This document shows positions 48,605 to 62,110 of a DNA stretch of 64,000 nt, piece after piece (position 1 is the first letter of the stretch; every line of letters begins with the position of its first letter). A program made the translations under genes and the position numbers. Source of the stretch: Octopus sinensis (taxonomy: Eukaryota); contig NC_043004.1 in NCBI RefSeq assembly GCF_006345805.1, positions 40,920,001 through 40,984,000 of the forward strand, in the 5' to 3' direction. The notes under the pieces were generated by a model. That model was not told the DNA's origin and searched no databases. It saw nothing but the letters and a program-made list of their open reading frames with translations.

Positions 48605-50346
48605 CCTTTCCATCAATCACATATCATATCTTGCTCTTCTATTTTACGTCGACACACTGACATCAGTTCTTAACGGTCAGAGAACTGTATCTTCCCAAAA
48701 TTCCATGCCTATGCAAATCTAGAGTTGCATTATGAATCTTTTACTGTTCACTTTCCTGTCTTTTTTGTGTTTAACTCTTGACCATTTAAATATATTCATC
48801 CCAAATGTCCTACCCTATTTTATGATCAAACCAGCCAAATCCATCTCCTCACACCTACTCTACAAAGTCATTCTAAAATTAAACAATCACATTATCGAAA
48901 TTTTGAAGCTGCGAGATAATGCATAATTAATTCAAAACAATGTGAATAAATAAACATTACATCTAACACAGAAATTTGGATGTTAAAGGGTTAATTCTGA
49001 GTACCGTGCATGCTCATTTGGCATGCTATCTTCCATTTCTTGACTGATGGCAGCTTTCCATTCCCTCTCTTACCCTTTTCTGATGAGTTGTATTAAACTA
49101 AGCTCTATATACTATAAGCACATTATTATTTCAAGACAATGTGGAATGCAGTTTGCATTTTTTTCCTAACCCCTATACTTACTGAGAAAATCAATTAAAA
49201 CTTTTTCTAATGGAATTTCCCTCTTTCTGCCATTAAAACAATTAGTTGCTTAGAAGCTGTTTTCTGACGGGGTGGGGTCAAGAAATTTTCATATAGTTGG
49301 AGGCTCCAATCGAAACAGGGGACCCAAAATGATATGGTTGACAAACACTGTTATAGATTATACCGAACCGAAAATGATCACATCCACCTCATCCAAACAG
49401 ACCAGGTGAAACCGGGCTTAGCTGCTAGTGGTATATAAATTCAGTGAACAATTGTAATCTGACACCAAAATAAACAAACAGTTGTAGAAATTATTTTCCA
49501 TTTTTCCGTTTTTAATTTTTGGTGTCAGCATTGAAAAATCTCATCAAAAATTAATAGAAACTGCCTTTCTAATCCTGCTGGTTTGGTGTTACACCAATCA
49601 ATCTAAAACAATTTCAACAGCTTTTAAAATCCTTTTGTTACCATATTTCATTTAAAATATACTGCATCTGTTACATTTAATTTTGAAAATAATGAGGAAT
49701 CTGATAAAATAACTTTGCCGTTATTAATAAGGTGTTTGATGCATAAATTAACATGAAATTTTAATGGAAAGTTTTTAATTAGATCACTTTAAACAGGAAA
49801 TCTCTATGAGAGAACTAAGGGCAGTCTCTGGCGGATTGGTGTCAAAAGGGCTTTATAACAATCTGCTTTGACTCATTCTCTTAACTCTCCAGAGCTCTCC
49901 CTTCATGGTGACACTTGCCCTTTCTCTCTCTTTCATTCGCAGTCTATCTCTATCTCTCTCTGTCTTGCTACCTTTTTCCATAATCCACTTAGCAAATACA
50001 TATGGACACACACACACACACACACATGCACACACACACACGCACATGCATACACACACAACTGACTTTAAAATATATGATTAATTATTTTATGCAGACC
50101 TTCAATGCAATGAGCTGGCAGAATTATTAGAGGCATTTGGTAAAAAATGTCTTACGGTATTTGTTCCAGCTCTTTGTATTAAGAGTTCCATTCCCACTCA
50201 GGTCAACTTTGCCTTTCATTGCACCAGGGTCAGTGAAATAAAGCACTAACCAAGTGCTGAAGTCAATGTTGCTGACTAACCCTGTCCCCTCAAAACTGCT
50301 GGCCTCCACCTAAATCAGACAGTTATTTCATCTAGACTCTTCAAGA

Positions 50347-50799
50347 TTAACCCTTTCATCACCGTATTTATTTTGAGATGCTCTGTGTTTCTTTCAATTA
50401 TTTTTTAAATAACAAAGAATTTAGTAAAATAACTTAGTTATCATTAACCCTTTAGCAATTAAACCAGCCATATACGGCCAAAAGTATTTGCCTGTTTTAT
50501 GTTCAAACTGGCCAGATCTGGTCTCTCATACCAACCCTACAATATCGTTTTAAAAATGAACAGCTACCTCATCAAATTCTCATAGTTACAAGATGATGCA
50601 GGATTAGTTCAAGGCAATGTGGATAAAAAAGGATTAATTTTGGCAGAATAATGCGAACACTAAAGGGTTAAGCTAGTGTTAGGAATATAAATTGCAACTA
50701 AGGTTTGGTGGTATATTTTGATGCAAAACTTATGAAAACAAAACATTTGTACTACAGAGCCAGAGCCGGTTTTGGCCGGGTTAGTAACAAAAGGGTTAA
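50347..50799. mobile_element. piggyBac MITE family A with family B nested at 50444-50671
   Basis: TTAA duplications at both levels. The host reads ATCA-TTAA-GCTAG when the insert is removed. Confidence 0.9.
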
Positions 50800-51329
50800 A
50801 AAAAGAGAAGTAATCTTACCTTGATATGGAATCTTAAAAATTAGTACTTCTTCTTACCACACAGCCATACCTGTGCCTACTTCTTGCTCGATTATGCAGA
50901 ATATCCTAATATTTCTTCCCAGCAGGAACTCCCAAGTATATTCAACGTGGAATAAAGAGTTTTAGGATTTTGGTTTGTCAAATTTTAAATTTCTAGCATT
51001 TAAACTGACCATATCTGGCCTAAGTATTCTACTTGTTTTATACACAACCCAGCCAGATCTGACCTCTCATACCTACTCTACAATGTCATTCTAAAAATAC
51101 ACAGTCACATCACAAAATTCTGAAGCTATCAGATATTCTTTTAATCTTTTACTAGTTCAGTCAGTTCTTTTTTCAGTCAAACAAATCAACTCCAGGACTT
51201 ATTTTTTTAAGCCTAGTACTTATTCTATCAGTCTTTTTTGCCGAACCACTAAGTTACATGGATGTAAACACACCAACAATAGTTGTCGAGTGAAGATGAG
51301 GAGACAAACACAGAAACAAAAGCACACAC

Positions 51330-51388
51330 ACATAGATATATACAGATATATATATATATACATATAAACATAGATATATACAGATATG

Positions 51389-51455
<67 letters not shown>

Positions 51456-51466
51456 CATATATATAC

Positions 51467-51497
<31 letters not shown>

Positions 51498-51638
51498 CAT
51501 ATATATACATATATACATATATATACATATATACATATATATATACATATATACATATATATATATACATATATATATACATATATACATACATATACAT
51601 ATATATATATATACATATATATATTATACATATCTATA

Positions 51639-51696
<58 letters not shown>

Positions 51697-51769
51697 CATA
51701 CATATACATATATATACATATCTATAAACATATACATATATATATATATATATACATATCTATAAACAT

Positions 51770-51817
<48 letters not shown>

Positions 51818-51818
51818 G
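51330..51818. repeat. ~490-bp (TA)n/(TACA)n compound microsatellite grown from a CORE-like SINE centre
   Basis: SINE 3' half at 51150-51330, followed by the tract. Confidence 0.9.
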
Positions 51819-53062
51819 ACATGTGGGAAGTAAATAGGCACCTTTAATTTTCAAAATCTTTTATTTAATACACAAAGCGAACAATTGAAATGTAACTGAT
51901 AGGTAGGACTACATACTTTAGCATTCAGTTGGCATTCCCTTTGCAGTTTTTAATTCAGAAACTCTTTTTGGCATTGAACTTATGAGCTTTGTGATTGTCT
52001 CTTGTGGAATTTCTGCCCACTTTTCATGCAACAATCGAAACAATTCATCTTTAGATTTAGGTTTCTGTCGAGTTTATCGTATAGCTCTATCTAGTATGCT
52101 CCAAAGATTTTCAATTGGGTTCATGTCAGGAAATTGGCTCAGTCAAGGAAGCCTTTTGATCCCGTTTTCAGTCAGCCATTGTTGATTCCTTTCCACTGTG
52201 TGACATGGAGCCCCATCTTCCATGAATAAAAACTCATTTTTTGTTATGTTACCGTGTGAATACATTGGAAATAGTCCTTGCTTAAGTATTTCGATGTATT
52301 TTTCAGAGTTTATGGTTCCAATACATTCGATCAGCTCAGAACAACCATTGCTAGTTACAGCTTCCCATATCATTACAGAGATACCGCCATGTTTCACAGT
52401 TGGTTGGAGTCATTTCAAATCAAATTCTTGATTGGAAAGTCTCCAGACCCAATATGTCCACTGTCTGAAAATAATGCAAATCTGGATTCATCAAATCACT
52501 CTATCCCAAAATGAACTGGATTTTTCTGACATCTCCTTCGCCCATTTCTTTTTTTTTTCATGATATTGGTTGAAGGAGAGGTTTTTTTCTAGCTGCTCAT
52601 CCATAATACTATAGGTTATGCAGATATGTAACACACGTTCTTGGACTAACTTCTAGCTGTTTTGCAATGTCAGAAGCCTTCGAACAGGGTTCATTATCCA
52701 CAATTCTCTTCAAACAGCAAAGCTTCCTTTCTGAGGGCCCAGGTCGGCCAGGACGAGAATCTGTTGATTCTTTACCTTGACTTTTGAATTACACTATAAT
52801 TCTATTAACAACAGCAAGAGGAATTTGAAGATTTTTGGCAATTTTTCACTGGCTAAGACCAACCTCAGATTGCCCAACGATACGATCTCTTTGAAAATCT
52901 GACAGTTCTACTGAATTTTTTGTGCATGGCATGGTCACTCTACGCAAATGTTTAGTATAATGGCACCTGGAACGTAAAAGAATAATTACATTGTAAATTC
53001 TACACCGCTGAAAAAATATTAAGACACTTAGATAAGAAATTTTGAAAATTAAAGGTGTCTAT
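51819..53062 (-). pseudogene. Near full-length decayed Tc1 (DD34E) transposon; CDS about 52932-51918
   Basis: MPCTKNSVELSDFQRDRIVG..GRPG N-terminus, and GGISVMIW..FMEDGAPCHT..PDMNPIENLW catalytic region with stops. TIR GGAAGTAAATAGGCACCTTTAATTTTCAAAA, truncated on the right. Confidence 0.85.
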
Positions 53063-53144
53063 ATATATATATATATATACACACACACTTGCAGGAAGTA
53101 AATAGACACCCTTAATTTTCAAAATTTTCAACACCCTGTATATA

Positions 53145-53520
53145 TTCTTTTATTTGCTTCAGTCAGTTGACTGTGGCCATGCTGGAGTACCATCTTTTGT
53201 TTTTAGTTGAACTAATCGACCCCAGGACTTATTCATTGTAAGCCTAGTACTTATTCTATCATAGTCTTTTGCTGATCTGCTAAGTTACAGGGATGTAAAC
53301 ATACCAACATCAGTTGTCAAGCAATAGTCGGGAGACAAACACAGACACACAAATACATACTACCAGGCTTCTTTCAGTTTCCATCTACCAAATCCACTCA
53401 CAAGGCTTTGGTCGGCCTGAGGCTATAGCAAGAGACACTTGCCCAAGGTGCCACGCAGTGGGACTGAACCTATAACTATGTGGTTGGGAAGCAAGCTTCT
53501 TACCACACAGCCATATGTGC
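53145..53520 (-). mobile_element. CORE-like SINE (older), lacking the central microsatellite
   Basis: Colinear with 23057-23458. Confidence 0.8.
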
Positions 53521-53523
53521 ACC

Positions 53524-53554
<31 letters not shown>

Positions 53555-55304
53555 GATAGATAGATAGATAGATAGACAGATAAATAGATAGATAGATAAA
53601 TATATATAAGCACACGCACACACACACTCAGGAACGCATATATAGCCCCCCACACACACACAACCCCATGCACACACGCATACAAACTCACATGCATACA
53701 CACATACACACACACATATATACACATACACACACAATATATACATACATGCACACACATACACACACACGTACACGTTCCCACATACACACACACACAA
53801 ACAGCTAAAACCACACACACAGACGTACACACATACACGTGCCATTATTACACACACACACACACCTGCGCGCACGCACATACCCACACATATCCCCTTC
53901 TCTTGCACTCTCCGGTCATAGAAAGAACTTTTTCTTCACCCATTCCCTTCCGGTCATTTCAAAATGTAACCACATGTGTATTGTTGGCGATTTTCTTCCT
54001 CCGTCTTCCCTTCCTTTGAACTTTCCTCTGTTTCTGAAGAAGAGCTTTTGCTCAAAACGTTAAATCCTCTTTCCTTCCTTTCCTGAGCATCTGATAATAC
54101 AGTACTTGTACCACGTTCCCGCGTTATTGTTTTTTTATTTTTTGTTCTTCTTTGTTGTATATATATGAAGGTGCATAGCTCAATGGTTAGAGTATCAGGA
54201 TCAGAATCATGAGGTAGTGAGTTCAATTCCCAGGCCAGGCTATGTGTTGTGTTCTTGAGCAAGACACTTTATTTCACATTGCTCCAGTTCACTCAGCTGT
54301 AGAAATCCGTTGCGATGTCACTGGTGCCAAGCTGCATCAACCTTTGCCTTTCCCTTGGATAACATCAGTGGCATGGTCGGCCCAAAGCTATAGTAAAAGA
54401 CACTTGCCCAAGGCTGGTATGCATAGGCAACTGCTGGTCTTCCATAAACTACCTTGTGTCTCAGAGGATTACTTTCTAGGTGCAATTCCATGGTCATTCA
54501 TAACTGAAAAGGGCCTTTATGCTTTATATGTATATATATATATATATATCATCGTCATCATTATCATCATATAACGTCCACTTTCCATGCTGGCATGGGT
54601 TGGACGATTTGACTGAGGATTGGCAAACCAGATGGCTGCACCAGGCTCCAATCTTGATCTGGCAGAGTTTCTACGGCTGGATGCTCTTCCTAATGCCAAC
54701 CACTCCGAGAGTTTAGTGGGTGCTTTTATGTGTCACTGGCACGAGGGCCAGTCAGGCAGTATGTATATATGTGTGTGTGTATTTGTCCCCCAACACTGCA
54801 TGACAACCAGTGTTGGTTTGTTTATGTCCCCATAATTTATCAGTTCAGCAAGTAAGTACAAAGCTTTAAAAGAATAAGTACTGGAGTCAATTCATTCAAC
54901 TAAAAATTCATCAAGGAAGTGCCCCAGCATGACCACGCGGTCTAATGACTGAAGCAAATACTTTTTATTTATTTATTTGTTTAGCATCTGATTTTTATCA
55001 TCAGCACCACATTATACAACAAAGAGAAACAGTTTTGTCCAATTATTTTATGAATAAATGAACTCATTACTTTAGTCATTTAAAATTGTTTTATGAATAA
55101 ATGAATAATGAATAAATAATAATGAATAATGAATAAATAATAATGAATAATGAATAAATAAATAAATAATAATGAATCATGAATAAATGAATAAATTACT
55201 TTAGTCATTTAAAATTGTATTTATATATATTTGGACATATATTTAGGTGAAATTGGTAGGCAAAAAGATGAAAAGCAAAGTCAACCTTGACAGAATTTGA
55301 ACTC

Positions 55305-56255
55305 ATCATCATCATCATCGTTTAACGTCCGTTCTCCATGCTAGCATGGGTTGGACGGTTCGACCGGGGATCTGGGAAGCCAGAAGGCTGCACCAGGCTC
55401 TGGTCTTATCTGGCAATGTTTCTACAGCTGGATGCCTTTCCTAACGCCAACCACTCCGTGAGTGTAGTGGGTGCTTTTTACGTGCCACCTGCACTGGAGC
55501 CAGGCGAGGCTGGCATTGGCCACGGTCGGATTGGTGCATTTTATGTGCCACCTGCACGGAAGCCAGTCGAGGCGGCACTGGTTTCGGCCACAATTTGGAT
55601 GGTGCTTTTTACGTGCCACCTGCACTGGAGCCAGGCGAGGCTGGCATTGGCCACGGTCGGATTGGTGCATTTTATGTGCCACCTGCACGGAAGCCAGTCG
55701 AGGCGGCACTGGTTTCGGCCACAATTTGGATGGTGCTTTTTACGTGCCACCTGCACTGGAGCCAGGCGAGGCTGGCATTGGCCACGGTCGGATTGGTGCA
55801 TTTTATGTGCCACCTGCACGGAAGCCAGTCGAGGCGGCACTGGTTTCGGCCACGATTTGGATGGTGCTTTTTACGTGCCACCGACACGGAAGCCAGTCGA
55901 GGCTGTGCTGGCATTGGCCACGATTCGGATAGTGCTTTTTACGTATCTCCAGTCCAGGGGTCCTGGCATCTGCCAGGTGCCAGTCATAGGATTGGTTCAA
56001 TTTCGATTCCGATTTCACTTGTCCCAACAGGTCTTTGCAAGCAAAGGTGGGTGGGCATAGGTGCCTGTCGTCGGATGAGGTTCGATATCGACTTCGCTTG
56101 CCTCAACAGGTCTTTGTGTGTCCAAGGGAGGAAAGGCATGCATAAGTGGGCTGGACTCACTTGTCCTGCCTGGTCTTTTCACGCACAGCATATTTCCAAA
56201 GGTCTCGGTCGCAGGTCATTTCCTCAGTGAGACCTAAAGTTCAAAGGTCGTGCTG
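55305..56255 (-). mobile_element. Young RTE LINE 3' end with (CAT)n tail and tandem array
   Basis: Tail at 55305. ORF-end homology (GAGACCTTTGGAAATATGCTGTGCGTG on the minus strand) near 56180-56250. Confidence 0.85.
55471..55930. repeat. 131-bp higher-order tandem repeat (63+68 dimer), three copies plus one partial
   Basis: Unit starts at 55471, 55602, 55733 and 55864. A single difference (CACAATTT vs CACGATTT) among the three copies. Confidence 0.95.
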
Positions 56256-56469
56256 AATGTAAAAATGGATGAAATGCTGCAAAGTATTTTCCCCAGTGTG
56301 CTAATGATTCTATTAGCTCACTGCCTTATATGAATGAATAACTTTAGATTTTGTTGTATTTCGGAATGGTCATTTTGCCAGTTTAGCCAATAAGAACACA
56401 CGCACTATATATTTGGTGTTACTTTTCTTCAGTGTTATTTATTTTTTACATTAATCTTAATCTTATTTC

Positions 56470-56514
56470 GGCCAGAGTTCTTTCGTCACACTCCTGTGAC
56501 CGCATCAGTGGTCC
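56470..56514 (-). ncRNA. Minimal type-I hammerhead-like motif, second family
   Basis: GGACCA-CTGATGC-G-GTCAC-AGGAGT-GTGAC-GAA-AGAACT-C-TGGCC. A9 is replaced by C. An AATAAA-bearing tail follows on the same strand. Confidence 0.55.
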
Positions 56515-56801
56515 TTTGCTTTCTTCTTTCTTATTTGTGTGTCTCTCCTTACTAACCGTTAGCCATTTTGTATTTCTATTGTATGTGTCTTCATTTGCGC
56601 ATGCATATATCTCTATGTGCGTCTATGTTTAGTTAGTGTGTGTGTGTGGGGGGATGCCTGTAATATCTAGATTGTTGAAAGAGAAATGAGACAGCATGTA
56701 TACTTAGCGAAGGGAGAAGCAAAAAAAGGTTTGCATAGTTTCTGTGATGGGAGCATGAGAGATGTGAGGCATTCTGAATTGCAAAGAGAAAATCAAGAGA
56801 G

Positions 56802-57108
56802 GTGGAGACACATGGCCTAGTGGTTAGAGCAGCGGACTCACGGTTGAGGAATCGCGGGTTCAAATCTCAGACCGGACGATGTGTGTGTTTATGAGCGAAA
56901 ACACCTAAGCTCCACGCAGCTCCGGCAGAAGGTAATTGCGAACCTCTGCTGACTCTTTCATCACAACTTTCTCTCACTCTTTCCTCCTGCATCTTGCAGC
57001 TCACCTGCGACGGACCAGCGTCCCGTCCAGGTGGGGAACCTATATGCCAAGAAACCGGGAAACCGGCCCTTATGAGCTTGGCATGGCTCAAGAAGGAACA
57101 AACAACAA
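56802..57108 (+). mobile_element. Full-length V-like OR SINE
   Basis: TSD AATCAAGAG. Confidence 0.9.
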
Positions 57109-57612
57109 GAATCAAGAGGGGTATGTGCAGAATGACAGGGATGTATTTGCGCTGATTTTGACATCAGAAAGAAAGAGGTATTGAAATATAACTTCAGGAG
57201 GTTGTTGAATGAAGAGAATGTAAGGGAGAGAGAGATGGCACATCTCAAGAAGAGCCAACAGAGAAATCAGTGATACAACTGAATGGGTGATTGGGTAATT
57301 GAAGGCCAGGGAGACAAATCAGTGATCAAAAATATCCAGTGAATCTCTCATCACTCAGCACAAAGCCATCTCCCTCACTCATTACTACTTCTCTCATTTG
57401 AGGAGGTTTTGTCTTGCAAGTTACTCAGTAACCTCACTAGTGTTGGTGCCACATGAAAAAAGCACCCAGTACACTCTGTACAGCATTTAGCATTAGAAGG
57501 GCATTGAGTCATAGAAACCATGCTAAAGCGGACAGTAGAACATGGCACAGACCTCTGGCTCACCAGCTCCTATCAAACCATCACATCTAGCTTGTGTGGA
57601 AAACAGATGTTA

Positions 57613-57643
<31 letters not shown>

Positions 57644-58612
57644 GGCATGGCTGGAACATCTTTGATCATTAGTCTGTTTACTCCAGTTTGACCTGAAGTC
57701 AAATAACAACAACACCAAATCTTCCAAATGTATCATTGTGTGTGTGTGTTCTGGTAAAGGTTCCTGAAAGTCTGAATGATCTAAAGGCCAAGTCTGTGGA
57801 AGAGGAATATTCTTGGAAAATATATAATTGCTTTGTTCTATTTTTCTCTATATGTTTTCTTTTTTTTTTTATCCTTTATTTTCCATTCTTTGACTTTGGT
57901 ATTAAATGTTATAATTTTAAAAATTGTTACAATGTTTTCTGTCTGAAATTACATCCCACTGCATTGTTGAAACACGTAGAAAGTTCTCCACCCAGGAAGA
58001 ATAACATAATGACAGTGGCAAATGTCATATGGGCATAAGAGAATGTAAATTAAATTACCTTTTGTTATCTTTAGTTCTGGCTGTTGTTTGTAATTTTTTT
58101 TTATGTTATTACTAACGATGGTGTCAGACAGTCTACAAAGTATCATTTATGAAATTAGAACATGCACTCACATACTCATACTCACACACACTATATGCAT
58201 GGATATATACACACAGGCACACTCTCATAAACACACTCAGATACCCCTATTCTTATATACATTATGCACACACTCACATACATACATTCTACACGCCCAC
58301 ACACATACATGTATGTTACTTATGTGTTACTTATATAAGTACCAATATTTACACTATTGATGGGAATAGATATTACAGAGCTTACTTTACAGTCATATGG
58401 ATCCAGGTTCAATCCCACCCAGAAGTCCCACTGCATTTTAACATGTGCAAATGTCTTTTACTGCAGTACAGCCCTGGGCCAACCAAAGCCTTCTGAGTGG
58501 ATTTTGTAGACAGAAATTGAAAGAAGCCTATTGTATGCGTATGCATGTGTGTGTATATGTGTGTGTGTACATGTGTGTGCATGTGTGCATGCATGCATAT
58601 GTGTGTGCATGT

Positions 58613-59135
58613 CTTCCTGGGTCTCCCTCTACCATGGGTTCCTTCCACTGTTTGGGAGTGGCACTTCTCTACACAGCTCTCCTCATCCATCCGTAGTACA
58701 TGACCATACCAGTGCAGACGTCTCTCATGCATACCACATCCAATGCTTCTTATGTCCAATATTTCTCTCAAGGTGCTTACACTCTGACGTGTGTGCACAC
58801 TGACATTACACGTCCAACGGATCATGCTAGCTTCATTTCTTTCGAGCCTATGCATGTCCTCAGCAGTCATGGCCCATGTTTCACTGTCGTGAAGCACGGC
58901 AGTTTGTACCTTTCACTCTGCATGAGAGGCCCTTTGTCACCAGTAGTAGAAGCTTTCTGAACTTTGCCCAGGCTATCCTTCTTCTAGTGGTAACACTCTC
59001 TGAGCAACAACCCCCACTACAGACTTGGTTGCCTTAGTAGCGGAAGCTATCAGCCACTTCTTGTTTCTCACCCTGGCATGTGATGGAATCTGTTTTCGGA
59101 GCGACTGTAGTGTTTATTGCCCCTGTGCATCTGCT
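58613..59135 (-). pseudogene. RTE LINE ORF fragment
   Basis: EVADSFRY..SETWAMTAEDMHRLERNEASMIRW..RRLHWYGHVLRMDE..GRGRPRKT. Confidence 0.85.
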
Positions 59136-59680
59136 GCAATATATATCATCATCAACATCATCATCATTTAACATCTGTTGTCCATGCTGGCATGGGTTGG
59201 ACAGTTTGACCAGAGCTGGCAAGCTGCACCAGACTCCAGTCTGATTTGGTATGGTTTCTATGGCTGGATGCCCTTCCTAATGCCAACCACTTTGCAGAGT
59301 GTGCTGGGTGCTTTTACATGTTGCTGCCCTCTCTCCTTCTCTCTCTTTCGGAGAGGCACGAGCACCTACACGCACATATACACACACGGCAGTAATTTCC
59401 GCCTGCCGAATTCAATCACAAAGCTTCGGTCGGCTCGGGGCTATAGCAGAAGACACCTGCCCAAAGTGCCATGCAGTGGGACTGAACCCGAAACCATGTA
59501 GCTTGGAAGCAAGCTCCGGGGTGCTTTTACATGGCACCACACAGGCACTTTTACATGGCACCACATGGTGCTTTTTACGTGGCACTGCCATGAGTATTTT
59601 CTGCCAGCAGACAGACTGGTTTTAACACTTCTGCTGTGCAGTATGGGTCTTCTTATAAATAAGGAATTGTGAATAGTTAT

Positions 59681-60062
59681 GGAAGCACTCCGTCGGTTAC
59701 GATGATGAGGGTTCCGGTTGATCCGATCAACGGAACAGCCTGCTCGTGAAATTAATGTGTAAGTGGCTGAGCACTCCACAGACACGTGTATCCTTAACGC
59801 AGTTCTCGGGGATATTCAGCGTGACACAGAGAGTGACAAGACCGGCCCTTTGAAATACAGGCACAACAGAAACATGAAGTAAGAGTGAGAGAACGTTGTG
59901 GTGAAAGAGTACAGCAGGGATCACCACCATCCCTGCCGGAGCCTCGTGGAGCTTTAGGTGTTTTCGCTTAATAAACACTCACAATGCCCGGTCTGGGAAT
60001 TGAAACCGCGATCCTACGACCGCGAGTCCTCTGCCCTAACCACTGGGCCATTGCGCCTCCAC
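59681..60062 (-). mobile_element. Full-length OR SINE, second tail type
   Basis: 11-bp TSD TGAATAGTTAT. Confidence 0.9.
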
Positions 60063-60859
60063 TGAATAGTTATAATGCTATTACAACAAAACAAAGGAGA
60101 ATGTAACATCATTCATTGATACAAGCAATACAGAGACTCAGTAACAATGTTTTTGTAATTTGCTAACGACTCTTTTAAAGACATGCAAAGCTTCTCCTAG
60201 TAAACCTCACATGAATGCTTCAAAAAAAAAAACAGTACATGACCATAAAGCTGATGGTTTCTCCACCTATATTTTAAACCATATTTTAAACCACCTAGAA
60301 AGATGCCTTTTTATAATATAAGCCAACAGCTGGTAACTGATATAAATCAACCCATGAGAGTGTGCCAGCTGTTTGGAATGTATTATTAAATCATTGATAA
60401 TCGAAGCTATACCACCCCATAAAGTTACATCTGTGTTACTACCTTGACAATCACTTTTGCATTTAGCATATGGATTATGCTATATACTGTTCAGTGTTCT
60501 AGTGTCATAATAGTAAGTGACTCTTACTGTTGCTGTTGTTGTTGTTGTTGTTACTGATATTGTTTAGCCAATGCAACCACCATCACCGCTGCTATCACTA
60601 TCCCCGCTATGCTCACCAAATCACCTTTGACCAAGCTGACCAATGATTCAAAAGCAATGTGTGTGCAACCATCCTGTCTTTTTGGCATGCTGTGGTGGTG
60701 GTGGTGGTAGCAGAGGAGTGAGGTCGTTGCCACTTTTAGGATAATAGTTTGCGATCTGAGGGAAATTTGGCTGCTATTGCTTGCAGATAGGAAGACTGTG
60801 CAGATTTGCTGATAATAGTTGCCAATGTCTAGAAACTTGCAGAAACTGGTAACACAAAG

Positions 60860-61170
60860 GTGGTGGTGATAGTGGTGGTGGTTTTGGTGGTGCTGGTGGT
60901 AGTGGTGGTGGTGGTTTTGGTGGTGGTGCTGCTGGTGGTGGTGGTGATGGTGTTGGTGGTGGTGGTGGTGGTGGTTTTGGTGGTGGTGGTGGTGGTTTTG
61001 GTGGTGGTGGTGGTGGTGGTGGTGGTGGTGGTGGTGGTGGTGGTGGTTTTGGTGGTGGTGGTGCCAGTGATGACGGCAGCACAGGGGATGACAGCAGTAG
61101 TAGTGTGGAGGAGGGGAGGCAGTGGTGGCAGCAGCAGCAGTGGTGGTGGTGGTAATGATGGTGGTTGGTG
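60860..61170. repeat. (GGT)n trinucleotide tract
   Basis: Direct reading. Source of the poly-H, poly-P and poly-V ORFs. Confidence 0.9.
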
Positions 61171-62015
61171 GCAGTGGATTTGGCATTGCTGATATTATAG
61201 ATAATAGAGCAGGTAGAATTAGATAACAGAATCAATGAAGCACTAAACAAAATGCCTTGAAGTCTTCAGGTAGATTCCTTTCATGTTCTGTTGTACCAAA
61301 ATGCTGCTTTTTCATTTCATTTCACCGAGACTGATAAACTAAATACCCCACCATCAAGTGCTGCAGTGGGGGTGAGATGGAGGGTTAGAGAAATTAAATC
61401 AACACACCTTCCCCCCACACACACACACACCAATCCACCCACCCATTCAACGACCTCCCTCAAAAATTTGTAGCTTTGTGCCAAGATTTTAGAAATCAAT
61501 ATTATTTAACTTGCAGCGGTGGAGTATATTAAAAATGACATAGAACTATGGACTAAACACCATACACAGGTAAATTTACAGGTGTGTCTTCTTAATAAAC
61601 ACATTTCAAGCTTCACCATGAAGAAAAAAGTAAATATTATGTTTAAACCAGCTGGTTCTCTCTCCCCTTTGCTCTCTTTCTCTCTTTCTCTCTCTCTCTC
61701 TCTCACTCTTTCTCTCTCCCTCTCTTTCTCTCTCTCTTTCTCCCCCCACCCTCTCTCTCTGTAACCAGAAAATGGCAAATCAACTTGATATTTGAAATTT
61801 TTTTGTAGCTAATCAGCGCAGTCTTAATTATTTGTTTATTTACTTGTTTCAGTTTTGTTTTAGTCAAAGAAATCAACCCCAGGACTGTTTCTTTGTAAGC
61901 CTAGTACTAATTCTATTGGTCTCTTTTGCCAAACTGCTAAGCACACCGGCATCAGTTGTCAGTTGTCAAACGATGGTGAGGGGACAAACACAGACACAAA
62001 GACGCACTCACATAA

Positions 62016-62052
<37 letters not shown>

Positions 62053-62110
62053 TACACACACATATTTATATATATGACTGGCTTCTTTCAATTTCCACCT
62101 ACCAAATGCA

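Noticed and set aside
55471-55930. CRISPR-like repeat-spacer appearance
   Set aside because: The intervening segments are themselves repeated, there are no cas genes, and the context is eukaryotic.
55338-56230. Long repetitive ORFs (240 aa, 211 aa)
   Set aside because: Read-through of the 131-bp tandem array in a LINE 3' UTR.
60551-61250. Poly-His, poly-Pro and poly-Val ORFs of 110-211 aa
   Set aside because: All are frames of a (GGT)n tract. No splice support or non-repeat domain was seen.
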